A DNA stretch of 64,000 bases from Octopus vulgaris (GCA_951406725.2 OX597819.1:75454001-75518000); one strand, 5' to 3'; positions 39,834-53,882 are shown, counted from the stretch's first letter. The notes: generated by a model from the letters alone, not told the origin. Made by a program: numbers and translations.

Positions 39834-39994
39834 GACAGGCTTCTTTCAGTTTCCGTCTACCAAATCCACTCACAAGGCATTGGTCGGCCCGGGGCTATAG
39901 CAGAAGACACTTGCCCAAGATGCCACGCAGTGGGACTGAACCCGGAACCATGTGGTTGGTTAGCAAGCTACTTACCCCACAGCCACTCCTGCGC
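39558..39994 (-). mobile_element. SINE family C, full length
   Basis: Head gcgcaggagtggctgtggggtaag...gggttcagtccc; internal (TA)n/(TG)n; (AGTAAAG)n tail. Confidence 0.9.
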
Positions 39995-40391
39995 TGGGCA
40001 AAAAAAAAAAAAAAAAAAAAAAAATCTCTTAAGGCTAGGTTTCCCTTATAGAGTTAGAACATATTTCAACTCTGAAGTCTCTGACACTCAGCAGAGCGTT
40101 AATGAAACTCACAATGGAATAGTGTTCGAAGATACCAGATTTTACTTGACAGAAATAATTTTTATGTTAAATTCTCATTACCAATTTACGTTAGAAGTAA
40201 GCAGCTGTCTACCCAGAGGTACAATAAATGTCTGTCAACATAGAATCGCATAGATATAAACAATTCGCTTGTCAAGTTTACAAATACATCCATACCCCAC
40301 CCCGCATATATACATTTGTAAATTTGAGCAGTATAGTTGCTGCTTTCATCTCTTCTAGAGATGTTCAAACTAGCTAATTTGCTTATATATA

Positions 40392-40938
40392 TATTATATA
40401 AAATCCGCTCTGACTGTGTGTGTATCTTCTAGGACCACGGGCATCCTCCATCCGATTGCGCTCAAATTTGATATGTAGATACCGACGGTATCAGGGCGCG
40501 TATAAGTCTTGAGAAAAGAATAATTACAAAAATCGATTCCAGGAGAGAATGCGATCGATAAAGCGGTTTTTGTCCTGCTTTTCTTCCGCCAACCTGTACA
40601 TTTTTTGTTGTTTTTGTACTGCTTAAAGGCACGTTTCTTTCCTGCCAAGCTTACTATTTAAACCATGTTTGTGTTCTTCCAGTGAACAGCCTTATCATTG
40701 CTGGTACTTTAAACTCTTCGGTTGTATAATTGTGTGAATAAAATCGTTTTTCTTTGGAATAGAAAAAAAAGTATATCTTTATTTCTTCTTTTGCTGGTGT
40801 CTCAAAATTTAGGTTAAATCAGTGTTTCTCAAAAGGGAGGCCTATGGAACGGTCGGACAAGTTGTTTTGAGAAAATTTGGTTTAAATGTTTGACGACTCA
40901 GCACCGTCCATTAGACGGGGGGGGGGGACTTTTGCTTG
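40392..40938 (+). mobile_element. Non-autonomous Helitron-like element, longer variant of 7533-7920
   Basis: Same ends; hairpin ccgtccattagacgg then CTTG|T; extra internal segment at about 40565-40740. Confidence 0.65.
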
Positions 40939-40962
<24 letters not shown>

Positions 40963-40969
<7 letters not shown>

Positions 40970-41161
40970 AGATAAGATCATTATTTAAATATCGAACTTA
41001 TCAAGTGGCTAGCATGGGAATAAAAACCTTCAAGGGTAATAATTGTTATTAAAATTATAATTTAGGGTATCTAAGAGATACCACCACGCTCGAAATACAA
41101 ATTCACAGACCCAATTTTTGGCTGCTATTTCAAGCGCGGTGGTATCTCTTAGATACCCTAA

Positions 41162-41169
<8 letters not shown>
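40963..41169. mobile_element. Fold-back insert between (TA)n tracts (44-bp arms)
   Basis: 41054-41097 pairs with 41126-41169 with two mismatches; ~90-bp unique tail on the left. Confidence 0.75.
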
Positions 41170-41252
<83 letters not shown>

Positions 41253-41733
41253 CCACAGAATTGTCTCCCCTTACTCACAGGAAATGGATAACTCCTACTC
41301 CATTTCTTGTTTTGACACACATTCACCCAACGCTTTAAACTAAACACTACATTTAAGCACATGGATCCTAATCCTCCAAAGAAGTTTTTCCAAGGACTAT
41401 TATTGAACTCTAAAAGCATAAAAACTCTACAATATATTGGTATACTTAATTATTAATTTTAGTATATATGTATTATTATTTCTTTGAAAAAAAAAACCAT
41501 TGTAAATTACTTTTTTCCCCTTCCTCAATTAAAAAAAAAATTCTTTTCCCCTTCCAAAGCTTGAAAATTTGTCTTGCAATGAAAACCAGTTTGATTTATT
41601 ATTTTATCTTTTTTAATTTTTCATACACCCATTTTTATTAAAATTTACTTTCAATTTAGCATTCTGCCTTCTTATAATTTTTCCTCTCCTATCATTTCTC
41701 CACGTCCGGTTAACACAATCCCACCATTTACTG

Positions 41734-41776
<43 letters not shown>

Positions 41777-41858
41777 TACATATATACATATATATATATA
41801 TGTATATATGTATATATGTATATATATATACATACATACATACACACACACACACACG

Positions 41859-41914
<56 letters not shown>

Positions 41915-41926
41915 AACATATATATA

Positions 41927-43725
41927 CTAGCAATAATACCCGGTGTTTCACGGGTCAGAAAGTAGTAAATATTTGAAGGGTCTAGTTATGTTGTGGGATT
42001 CACAGCACTGTCCTAACCAGGAGAACTTCTAAGAAAGTTTTCAAGAAGGTTGCTTGCTTGTAGGAACGAATGGACGGGCCGTTGCGACAGGGAAATCGAT
42101 CCCGTAAGTCAGTAATCCGGAGGGACACATGAACACGTGCATAAGGGGATATCTAATTGCCAAAGGTCACGAAAAGTGGGGGTTACGCAATGCAGATTGT
42201 ATCACGGTCGAACTGCAATAAGTGGCTGACCCGTCAACGGTAACCCGTTAACGCCGGTCTGCCTTTTCTCGCGATGTGAAATGCGTAATTCTGTAGTATA
42301 ATGTAGCCCAGGGTCTCCTCAAGGAAAAGATGGCAATGAAAGGTAAGACATCCATCGGAAGCCGGAAGCGACTCGCCCCTGCAGCAGGACGTTTGAGTGT
42401 AACATGGGCGCCGTAGCAGTCGTAAGTAATGTTTTAGTAGGGGTCTTACCACCGAGTCTAAGCTAAAATTGATTATCGGGAGAAGCTACCAGAAAACCCA
42501 TGAAATGTCAACATATAAATACTGCAATTTTTTGCTGATTCCATACACAGTGTATCGAGCTAAGTGCAATGTAAATCGGTACATGGGCTGACTGCATTAA
42601 CTGAGTTCAAATATCGCCCTGACTTCGGTCCACTTTTGCAGTAAGAAAAAACGCAGTATTTTCATTGTCGAAGTTTCAAGGGATTTACGGTACTGCAGTC
42701 AGTAAGTGGGTTTCAAAACCTTGAAGCGTTTTTCAACGCAGAAACGCTGTGATCCCCGTCTAGGAATGAACAGTGTCTAAAAATAGATTTGGGTGCATAA
42801 TTTTAAACATTGGACTTGGCAAGAACTAAAAAGTTAATGCTCCAAATGGCGTAGTTTAGCGTTAGTATGTTTGAATAAAAGTTTGGCAACGGAAGTTTGT
42901 AACGAAGTAGTGCACTGAGCCCCGGCAATGGATGACTTTTGATTAATTAAGTGCGCCAAAAGAGTGTCAATAGGGTGAAAAGGGGTGCAAAAAAGTGATG
43001 ATGCACGTCTTGTTGTCTCTACCTCCTAAATAACACCATACACAGAAACTAAGGCGTGGGTATGGTTAACGGAGAGGCTATTTCAAGCAGTAATAGGGCT
43101 TCAAAAGCTCTGACGTGATTTTTTACAACGAACCACCGCTATGGTCCTCGACTAAGAATGCCTATTGCTCAATGTTACGCATTGGAACTTGCAAAAAGTA
43201 TGGAACATGGGTTCTTTTGCTGTCTTTCTTCAAAGTAAAAAGTGTAACGATGTAATGACTTGACGTTCGGCAACTGGCTTTTTTAAGGTAGCATTACATT
43301 GAACCCTGGCAAAGAAAGGGTAAGTGCTTCATCTACTGGGCTAAAAATGTATCAAAAGAGTAGCTAGAGGTGCAAAACGTGTTGGTGCATGAGCCATTTT
43401 GCTCTCTTTCCCCAAAATAACACATTAACGTGTAAAACGGAGCAATTAAGGCGTGAACAAAAGTTCAGCAACACATGTGCGCATAAGATCACTTTGTGTG
43501 TATGCCCCCGATCATGCGTGCAGGTCACGGGGGTGATTTCTTCGCCATGACCTAGCTCTGACCATATGGAGTATGTGTATAAAATTTGAGGTCAATCGAA
43601 CATTGAATGTGGATTTCTATAAAAAACAAATGTCTACACAGACACACTGACACATTGACACACAGACACACTCACTGACACACAGACACACAGACACACA
43701 CAAAATCAATTTTATAATTACATAT
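41927..43725 (-). mobile_element. 1.8-kb non-autonomous Helitron
   Basis: Minus-strand 3' end: hairpin acccgtgaaacaccgggt, 7 nt, CTAG|T; 5' end AT-rich start followed by (tgtc)n and ttcgattgacctcaaatttt. Confidence 0.75.
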
Positions 43726-43729
43726 ATAT

Positions 43730-44836
43730 TTGTAAACAGCTGTTATCTCAAATTTACAGATAAAACAATTTTCAGCACAAATTGGGTTTTGATAAACAAC
43801 TAACAACACAAATTTAGGAAAAAACAGCTTTTGGTTGAAATTAGAAAATAGATAAACAGCAATTAGTGATACAAAATAACACGTAAAGAAAAATTTAGAA
43901 TTAGCTATCAGCATGGATATACACACAAATATACAGCTATCAAATTTTCATACACGTTAAACACTTCTCTGCACAAACTTACAGTTAGGTAAACAACTCT
44001 GAACACAAATTTATATGCGATAAACAGCTCTTAGCCTGAACTTACATATAAATATCTCTTAGAGTAAATCTACATAAAGATCAACAAATTTACACACAGC
44101 TCTCGGCACATACTTACATTCGGTAAACGCAGCTGACAACAAATTTACTTATTCATAAACAATTTTCAACGTAAGTTTACATACGATAAACAAAAATGAA
44201 TAAAATATTGTATACAGATAAATAGGTATTAGCATGAATTTGCATACAACTAAATTCCTATCAGCATAAATTACATTCAAGAAACAATTAATAGCATAAA
44301 TTTGCATAGAAGTATAGCAATCAAGTACATATTTATGTACACAAATCCTCATACAGATAAACAAATAGCAGTATAAATTTACATAACAATACAAATTTAC
44401 ATATGCTAAACAACTCTCGACACAAATTTACGTACATAAATAGTTATCTTCATGAATTTTATTAAAAAAAACAAACATTTCAGAGCACAAATTTACATTT
44501 ACTTGAACAACTATCATCACGAATCTACATACAAATAAACAGCTATTAATACAAATTTACATTACATGCAGTTAGACAGTTGTCTGGACAAAATTTTATA
44601 CAGGTAAACGGCTATTAACATAAATTTGCATACAGATATATACCTATTACTGTAATTTACATACCGGTGAACGATTATCAACACTAATTTACGATAAACT
44701 GTTATTAGCATAAATTTACATACCGTTAAACAGCTACGAATATAAATATACATAGAGGAAAACAACTAACATACAAATTTAAAGATAAACAGTATCAACA
44801 AATAGATAAACAGCTATCAAAATAAATTTACATAGA
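43730..44836. repeat. Degenerate ~30-bp minisatellite (consensus approximately agcacaaatttacatacagataaacagctatt)
   Basis: Recurrent aaatttaca...taaacagct units for about 1.1 kb; one more unit near 45170-45200 after a SINE. Confidence 0.8.
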
Positions 44837-45625
44837 ACTTGAGTTTAGGGTGTTCAGCTCACGATCATAATATTGTGGGTTCAATTCTTGAATCAGGTAC
44901 TGCGTTGTGTCCTTGAACAAGACATTTTATTTTATGTTACTCCAGTCTACTTAGCTGAAAAGTAAAGCCAGGTGAGTTCTGGTGCAGCTCTCTTTTCCTT
45001 TAGCTTTGATACCTCGGATGTACCCCTGGGTAAATCGTTTGGAGGGTCAAGAGTAAGTTTATGTTTGGTCGCGACCACATAAACACCCAAAACAATTAGC
45101 TAAAGCATGGCACTTGTTAGCGAGCCATACTCGTTCGCGAGTGACGGCAATCCCTTTATGTAACTAGATCCACAAAATTGCATTACAGATAAACAACTCT
45201 TCACCCAAATCCAAAAGGTTACAAAATTACGTCTTTTTAACTTTAAATTTTGTATCTTTTGTTCCGATATGAAAATGTTTTTTAGACTTTAGTTGTCAGC
45301 GCTGGATGTTACTATAATCGATTAGCATGAAGGATCATGCCAATGAACAGAGTCTTTCCAAATGTGACCATCCCGCTCTTTTTTTAAACATACATTATCA
45401 AGCGTATCTTCCATTTTAAATATGGTAGGATGTGATTGAATGGAGGTTTGACTACTCTTTCTAGCAAATCAAGAAACCACCTAGAGACTCCCTCTTTGAA
45501 TTACCCCTTAATGTCTTATACAAAGTTCGAGATGAGTTCGAGATGCATAAGAGATATTTTCAATTATTCTATCAATGCAATAATAACCTTTAATAATTTA
45601 TCAACGATAACTCACCCAACATCCC

Positions 45626-45708
<83 letters not shown>

Positions 45709-45774
45709 ATAAGAGAGGGAGAGGGAGAGAGTGAAAGTACGATCTTGATTACATGGAAGTGAATGAATCGTCTT

Positions 45775-46258
45775 AAGGTGACGAGCTGGCAGAGTCGTTA
45801 TCACATTTCGTCCATCCTTACGTTCTGAGTTCAAATTCTGCTGAGGTCGACTTTGCCTTTCATCCTTCTGGGGTCAATAAAATGAGAATCTGTTGAGCAC
45901 TGAGGTCAACGTAATCGCCTAACCCCCTCCCTCGAATTTTCCGACATTGTGCCAAATTTTGAAACCGATATTTCAGTTACCATAAGCAGCATTTCGTTCG
46001 TCTTTATGTTCAGAGTTCAAATTCCATTGAGATCGGCTTTGCCTTCCATCCCTTGGGGGTCAATAAAATAAGTACCAGTTGAGTACAGGGGTTGATGTAG
46101 TCGGCTTATCCAATCCTCCGAAATTGCTGGCCTTGTGCAAAATTTTAAATCAATATTTCAGTCGTCAAACCTGCATTTTTTTCTAAATATGCAAAATAAA
46201 TAACCCTCATATTTGAGCGACGTCTGGAGCCGTTAATTGTGTGTGTGTGTGTGTGTGT

Positions 46259-46314
<56 letters not shown>

Positions 46315-46508
46315 ACGCAGGCGAGCACATACGAGTAAAACAGGGCGGAAAAAAATAGTACTCGAATATCATGTGTAGAGTAATATGCTTTTATTAAAGC
46401 TGCGAAATTATCACAAAACTATTCGTCGTATGTGTGTGTGTGTGTATGTGTATATATATATATATATAAACATATATACACACATACATATTAAGGTCGG
46501 TTTTGCCT

Positions 46509-46540
<32 letters not shown>

Positions 46541-46756
46541 CTTAAGGTCGGCTTTGCCTTCCATCCTTTGGGGATCGATAAAATAAGTAGCAGTTGAGTA
46601 CTGGGGTCGATGTAGTCGGCTTATCCAATCCTCCGAAATTGCTGGCCTTGTTCAACATTTGAAATCAATATTTCAGTCATCAAACCTGCATTTTTTTCTA
46701 AATAAACAAAATGAAAATAAACCTCCATATTTGAGCGATATATGGAGCTGTTAATT
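45775..46756 (+). mobile_element. Cluster of three SINE D copies including a local duplication
   Basis: Copies at about 45775-45970, 45985-46160 and 46545-46672; the latter two share their 3' flank. Confidence 0.8.
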
Positions 46757-47189
46757 GGTTTCATGGTTTTTCACTAATGTTTACTTTCACCTAGAGACTA
46801 TTTAATGTATTCCGTCCTGGAAATATGTATTTTTTTTTTGTTGAAACTGAAAATATATTTTATTTTAGCAATGCATATTTATTTTACCATTGCTTTCAGA
46901 CTCCTTAAAATTCATTTATTTTTACTGCTTTGACTCGATTTCTTGCTTAGTAGTTTGTTTCGAAAATATAAATTTTGTTTTGTTAGTCAGCCGGCATTAT
47001 AATTACTTAACGGCATTCCATAATCCCCTGATTAATTGCTATCTGCATAATATAACTGAATAGCATCATTTATATTCTGAAAAGAATCTGTTTAACTATT
47101 TAGTCATGTATAAAATTACATATTTGTCATCCTGTAAAAATTATTTTAGCATAAAAAAAAATATGCGAATGAGCATGGTGTCTCGACAA

Positions 47190-47234
47190 CTGAAATATCC
47201 GGGTTTCGACCTTATAGGGTATCATTAACTTCAG
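47190..47234 (-). ncRNA. Degenerate minimal hammerhead ribozyme fold
   Basis: ctgaag-TTAATGA-taccctataaggtc-GAAA-cccgg-ATA-tttcag: 6-bp stem I, stem II acc/ggt, palindromic stem III; core mutated. Confidence 0.45.
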
Positions 47235-47378
47235 TCTAGCAAAGGTTATATTCTCTCAGCTAGAATCGCGTGCAGTTGCTAAATAATCGGTATTCATCAT
47301 TCCAGCGTATAGAAATAATAGCGCATCATAAAGCAAGTGATATATATTGCTTTATGATGCGGTGTTTATTGTCAAACC

Positions 47379-47994
<616 letters not shown>

Positions 47995-48012
47995 ACATAC
48001 ATACATACATAT

Positions 48013-48044
<32 letters not shown>

Positions 48045-48167
48045 TACACTTGGTTTATGATACGATCTTTATTGTCAAACCTATGTATTTATGTATACAC
48101 ACACACATGTATGTATGTATGTATGTATGTATGTGTGTGTGTGTGTATGTGTGTGTGTGTGTGTGTA

Positions 48168-48202
<35 letters not shown>

Positions 48203-48751
48203 ATGTATGTATGTATGTATGTATGTATGTATGTATGTATGTATGTATGTATGTATGCATACGTACGTATATGTATATACAGGCATTTCAAAAGTAAATA
48301 GATCCTATCATTTTTGTTAGAAGATTTATTTCTAGAAAACAAAACGTCAATTGATGGATTGAATACTTAATCTAGTTTTTAGTAGGCATGCTTTGTGCAG
48401 CTTTTAAAGATTTAACCCGTCTCAGCATCGTACTAACGAGTAGTTGCCGCACAGATAAAACGTTATAATGAATTGTGTCTATTTACTTTATAAATATGTA
48501 TGTATGTATGCATGTATGTATGTATGTATGTATGTATGTATGTATGTATGTATGTATGTATGTATGTATGTATGTATGTGTGTGTGTGAGTGCGTGTGTG
48601 TGTGTGTGTATGTGTGTGCGTGTGTACACGCAGGCGAGCACATACGTGTAAAACAAGGCGGAAAAAATAGTACTCGAATACCAAATGTAGTGTAATATGC
48701 TTTTATTAAAGCTGCAAAATTATCACAAAACTGTTCCCGTTTGTCGGACTG

Positions 48752-48802
<51 letters not shown>

Positions 48803-49218
48803 TATCAATGAGGATCTCAGCAACACATTATCAAGGTATGGTATGTAGTATAACTTATGTAGTAGACATATAAACAGGGCAAATTTAAATATTACTGTGT
48901 AGATTGAAAAAAAAATTGATGAATAGGCTTAATTGATTTTCGTTTATCGTTCCGAAGTTCGTTCTGACAATACAAGTTGCTTTTATTTATTTGGTATCAC
49001 TAATTTAAGATATATTTTTCCATTGTATCTGAACTATTACAATCGGAGCAAATTGAATTGAACTGAATCTTAAACGTTATATAGTCGGTCAAAGCATGGT
49101 TGGAATAGCTTAATCAAGCGACCCTCTCTTTTTTCTCCCACTTTTATTTACATCTTTCTCTTTCTGTTCTGTTCTGTTCTGTTTTGTATGTATGTCTGTC
49201 TGTTTGCCCTCTCTCTCA

Positions 49219-49327
<109 letters not shown>

Positions 49328-49414
49328 ATTGAGGAATAAGTGAAAAAATAAATACACGGTAATTAAGAGCTCAAATAACAGGTCGTTAAACATCAATACA
49401 TTTTCTACTTTTAT

Positions 49415-49479
<65 letters not shown>

Positions 49480-49914
49480 GCACGCACACACTAACATATG
49501 GTTGTATTTATTGAGCAAGACGTATAATTTTGGTTCTTTCTACTTCAAATTATTGGCCACTTTCAAAGTGTGATTTATATTTAAGGGAAAAATAAATCTA
49601 ATTAACCGCCAGTCTTGGTCAGACAGACATAATTTAAAATGAGAATAACGAGATCTTCGATCATTACTCACAGAATAGATATAGTAGATATAACAGGTAA
49701 TAGAGAAATCATTCTGTTTTCTTCTGCCTAGTCTAATAAAGTTATTGGTGGAACTGAGAACGCTGAAAGATCTGATACAGCGTGTAGAATAGCCAAGTAT
49801 AGAAGGCTATATGTGAGTCTAATGCGTGAGACTTGACGTCAGATACTCGGAAGGTGTGTGCAAGCATTAAAACACTAGTCTTTGTCTATTGAGATCATTC
49901 AAAAAGTAGTAAAT

Positions 49915-50191
49915 GGCGGTATTCCTGCGGGGTCATTCCGAAAAGCTCTACCTGCGACGATTTCATCTCAATCGAAGGAGAGGAGCTTTCTCCGTCCGGG
50001 TTGCGGATCCGTGGAACAAGCTGCCAGACGAGAAGGTGAAGATGCCGACGACCGCTTTGTTCAAAGCCTCCCTGGACCTCAAGTGGCCTGAACTCTTTAC
50101 ATGAACACCACCCTGTACTTAACTCCATGTCCCCCTACATGGCCTTGCTATTTGCTTTTGAGCCAAATTAACTAACTAACTAACTAACTAA
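49915..50191 (+). mobile_element. CR1-clade LINE extreme 3' end with (TAAC)n tail
   Basis: LRGHSEKLY..FHLNRRRGAFSVRVADPWNKLP...FKASLD; tail taactaactaac. Confidence 0.85.
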
Positions 50192-50239
50192 GTTCCGAGG
50201 GGCTTAAGTTTACGTAAATCATTGATGATGTGGCAACCA

Positions 50240-50620
50240 ATCTCCTTTAGTGCATATGTGTTCGTAGTTTGGGGACACGAGGACCATCTAGTCATCCTTG
50301 AGGGTGATTGATGACTTGCACAGTGACTTTGTTTTAAGAGTTGCACGCCGTCAAACCCACTCTTTAGTCCATGGTAATCTTCAATCCAGTGCCAAGACTA
50401 GGACAAGACGACTAGGGATGGAAACGGATGCAGTGGATGACCAAGATGTCTTGCTTGCCTCATCTTGCGCTCTGCTCTCCACAATGCGTTGCTGCAGCCG
50501 CCCTCCGTTGAAATCTTCTTCAGCAGAGTCCGTTGGATCCAGTTTTCACATGCATGAGTAGGCAAGTCTTAATATTCTAATTATCCCATAGTTGGGTCTC
50601 TGACAGGTGCTACTACTCCA
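50240..50620 (-). mobile_element. Probable RTE-clade LINE 5' UTR fragment
   Basis: Minus strand ...cattgtggagagcagagc...ggtcatccactgcatcc...agtcgtcttgtcc resembles RTE 5' UTRs as I recall them; not verified by search. Confidence 0.45.
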
Positions 50621-50859
50621 TTGCAGGGTAGATCTGAGAACAATTGTGGCTGAGAGGTGGTTCCTCACCCCTCAAGGCCCTGGAATTCCCAAATCTGGGC
50701 CACACCAGGTTATACCAAGGACTTCACCTTTGCTGTGGTCTATTGATGGCAATATTTTTTGCTAGGCTCAGTCCTACCAAATTATACAATCCAAGGAGTT
50801 TTCTTTTTGACAGTTTAGGTGGGTGAGTGCACTATTTTTTTCTTTTCTTTTGCTTGCTT

Positions 50860-51059
50860 CTGTCATTAGACTGCGGTCATACAGGGGCACAACCTTGAAG
50901 AATTTTTAGTCGAATGAATTGACACTACTACTTATTTTGTGTTAAGTCTTTTACTTATTCTATCGGTCCGTTTTATCCAGAAGCGCTAAGTCACGGGGAC
51001 ATAAACACACAAACACTGGTTGTCAAGCGGCAGTGAGGGACAGACACAGACACGAAAAT

Positions 51060-51092
<33 letters not shown>

Positions 51093-51258
51093 CACACATA
51101 CATATGAAGGGCTTCTTTCAGTTTCTGTCTACCAAATCCACTCAGAAGGATTTGGTCGGCCTGAGGCTGTAGTACAAGACACTTGCCATGCAGTAGGACT
51201 GACCCTGGGATCATATGGTTGGGAAGCAAGCTTCTTACCACACAGCCATGCCTGCACC
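50860..51258 (-). mobile_element. SINE family C, diverged
   Basis: Matches 39558-39994. Confidence 0.8.
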
Positions 51259-51383
51259 TTCTATGTGGAACATTCCTTCGGATAGTCGTACACCATGATT
51301 CATTGGACCGATATTGGTTTTTTCCTCTAAAGTTAGCTTGCTTGCAAGTTTGCGTAACGTTCCAAGACTCTATTCATCTCTCT

Positions 51384-51430
<47 letters not shown>

Positions 51431-51439
51431 GCTCACATG

Positions 51440-51498
<59 letters not shown>

Positions 51499-51499
51499 G

Positions 51500-52293
51500 A
51501 GCGTGAAACTTTTCCAAATACTGTTGTTCCACATCGTGGCACTGTGTGGGATTTGATAAGAAAATTTAGAAACACATGTTCAGTAGAAGACGCAGCAAGA
51601 AGCTGTAGGCCTACTGTTCTTTCAGACGAAACATTCTCCAATATTTCTGATAAACTGTTGGCAAGCCCGTCAAAGTCCTTACGCAAATTGTTACAGGAAA
51701 TGGAAATCAGCCTAGGAAGTGCTCAAACGGCAGTAAAAAAGAAATTAAATTTCTTTCCATTCAAAGTGCTGGCCAGTCAAGAATTGAAGACTACGGATCA
51801 TGCTAAAAGGCTTCATTATTGTCATTGGTTCCAAAACTTGGTTGCCTAAAATGGCATAGAAATGCCGGATGGGTGTTTTTATACCGATGTGACTTGGTTT
51901 CATCTGTCGAGACACAAATTCACAAAACAGAAGGTTATGGAGCACTGAGAATCCACACGCGACGCATGGGTAACCTCTGAATCCCGAAAAAGTTGGAGTA
52001 TGGATAGCAATTTCAAGAAAGCGTATTGTGGGACCGATATTTATTGAAGATACCATCAACACCGAGAGATATTGCTCAAATATTGTCTATACACTTGTAG
52101 GCCAACTCACTGGAAGTGAAATTAATTATGCATACTTTCAGCAAGATGGAGCTGCGGCACATACTTCGCGCATCACCATGGCGCTACTTCAAGAGTTTTT
52201 CGGTGAACGGATTATTTCGAAGGGACTCTGGCCACCAAGATCACCTGATTCAACACCGCCAGACGTTTTTGTCTGGGAGCAAGTAAAGGATCA
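51500..52293 (+). pseudogene. Tc1/mariner-superfamily (rosa/maT-related) transposase relic
   Basis: KFRNTCSVED..RSCRP; SPSKSLRKL; HAKRLHYC; TDVTWFHL; NSQNRRLW; KVGVWIAIS..IVGPIF; FQQDGAAAH...WPPRSPDSTPPD; stops and a frameshift; no TIRs seen. Confidence 0.85.
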
Positions 52294-52493
52294 GTGGTTG
52301 GGAAGCAAACTTCTTACCATACAGCCGAAAGAAGTTTAATATCTGAAACAAGTAAACGGTAAAGGAAAGATATATATGTATGCACACATGTATGGATTTA
52401 TGCATGTACACATACACATATATACATATTTACACAGATACATTATATATCTAGATATACACATACATTATATATAATGCATGTGTAGGAAAA

Positions 52494-52526
<33 letters not shown>

Positions 52527-52627
52527 GATAATTATTTGAGGGAATATTAATCCTAACTTACAGGGAAAAAAATTCAATTTAGAAGTTCTAAATCAAATTT
52601 CTCGCAATATAATATATATATATATAA

Positions 52628-52829
52628 AAATTAGAACCCCCCCACCTTTTATCAATTCAAAATGAACAATTAAATTACACCATCTAGAAAATTACATATA
52701 ATAGAAATATTAATACTTAATCATCGGTATTTTATTGTTATTTTAATTTTAATATTTCTGTTATATGCAATTTTCTAGATGGTGTAATTTAATTGTTCAT
52801 TTTGAATTCATAAAAGGTGGTTGTTTCTA

Positions 52830-52833
<4 letters not shown>
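52628..52833. mobile_element. Fold-back insert between (TA)n tracts (~85-bp arms)
   Basis: 52628-52713 pairs with 52749-52833 with few mismatches. Confidence 0.8.
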
Positions 52834-52867
<34 letters not shown>

Positions 52868-53784
52868 TTGTGTTAAAAATTGAGATTATCTTATCTGTTG
52901 TGTACAATAAACTGTACACATTAGTGTGACTAAAATACTAATTTTGTCCTCTTTTAACCCAATCGTACAAAAACAGATGCAGGTGGGTAAACAAGAAATA
53001 ATCGTATCTATCTTCCAGCATACAATTATAACGTAATCCTTAAATTTGCAACATAAGTGTGCATGAAGCACAATTATATATATATATATATATACATACA
53101 AACATCTACATACATATTATACGCACGTCTCTCTTTCACAAATAAAAACGCACAGTACATGCATATATATGAGCGTGCATGCGCATATATACACACGTAA
53201 GCACACTCAACAACTGAATATTTTTTTTTTATTTCGTCTTAGCGATGGGAAAAACAGGACCGAGCGGTAAAGATGTGTTTACATTTTCTTCCAAATTGTG
53301 CTTTCATTCAGATGTATAAAGCCAACATGAAAGCCTACCTTCGTTTTGGTGTTTGTTTTTAGGCTCGCTTTGTATCTACTTAAAGCACTTTATAAAGAAA
53401 TAGAAAATGTAAGTATGCATACATGCATACATACATACATACACACACACACACATATACATACATTATTAAGCATCTATAACTATCTACCTACCGATCT
53501 ATAATACATAAATGAAAAATAATTGCAAGAAGAGCTGTAGTGGATAACAAGAAGAATAAGAATAATAGCAATATCATCAACAGTAGTAGTAGAACTAATA
53601 ATAATGATGATGATGATAATGATGACAGTGGTGCTGATGATAATGATAATTTATATGCAACATATATAACTACAAATGCGAACACTATTTTCCTTTTCAT
53701 CTTGTTTGGCATGCTTTGCAGAGAAACCATCTATGCATAATGCTTTTTCAGTGGTTATTATGTAAAGAAATATCCGAGGGACAT

Positions 53785-53882
<98 letters not shown>

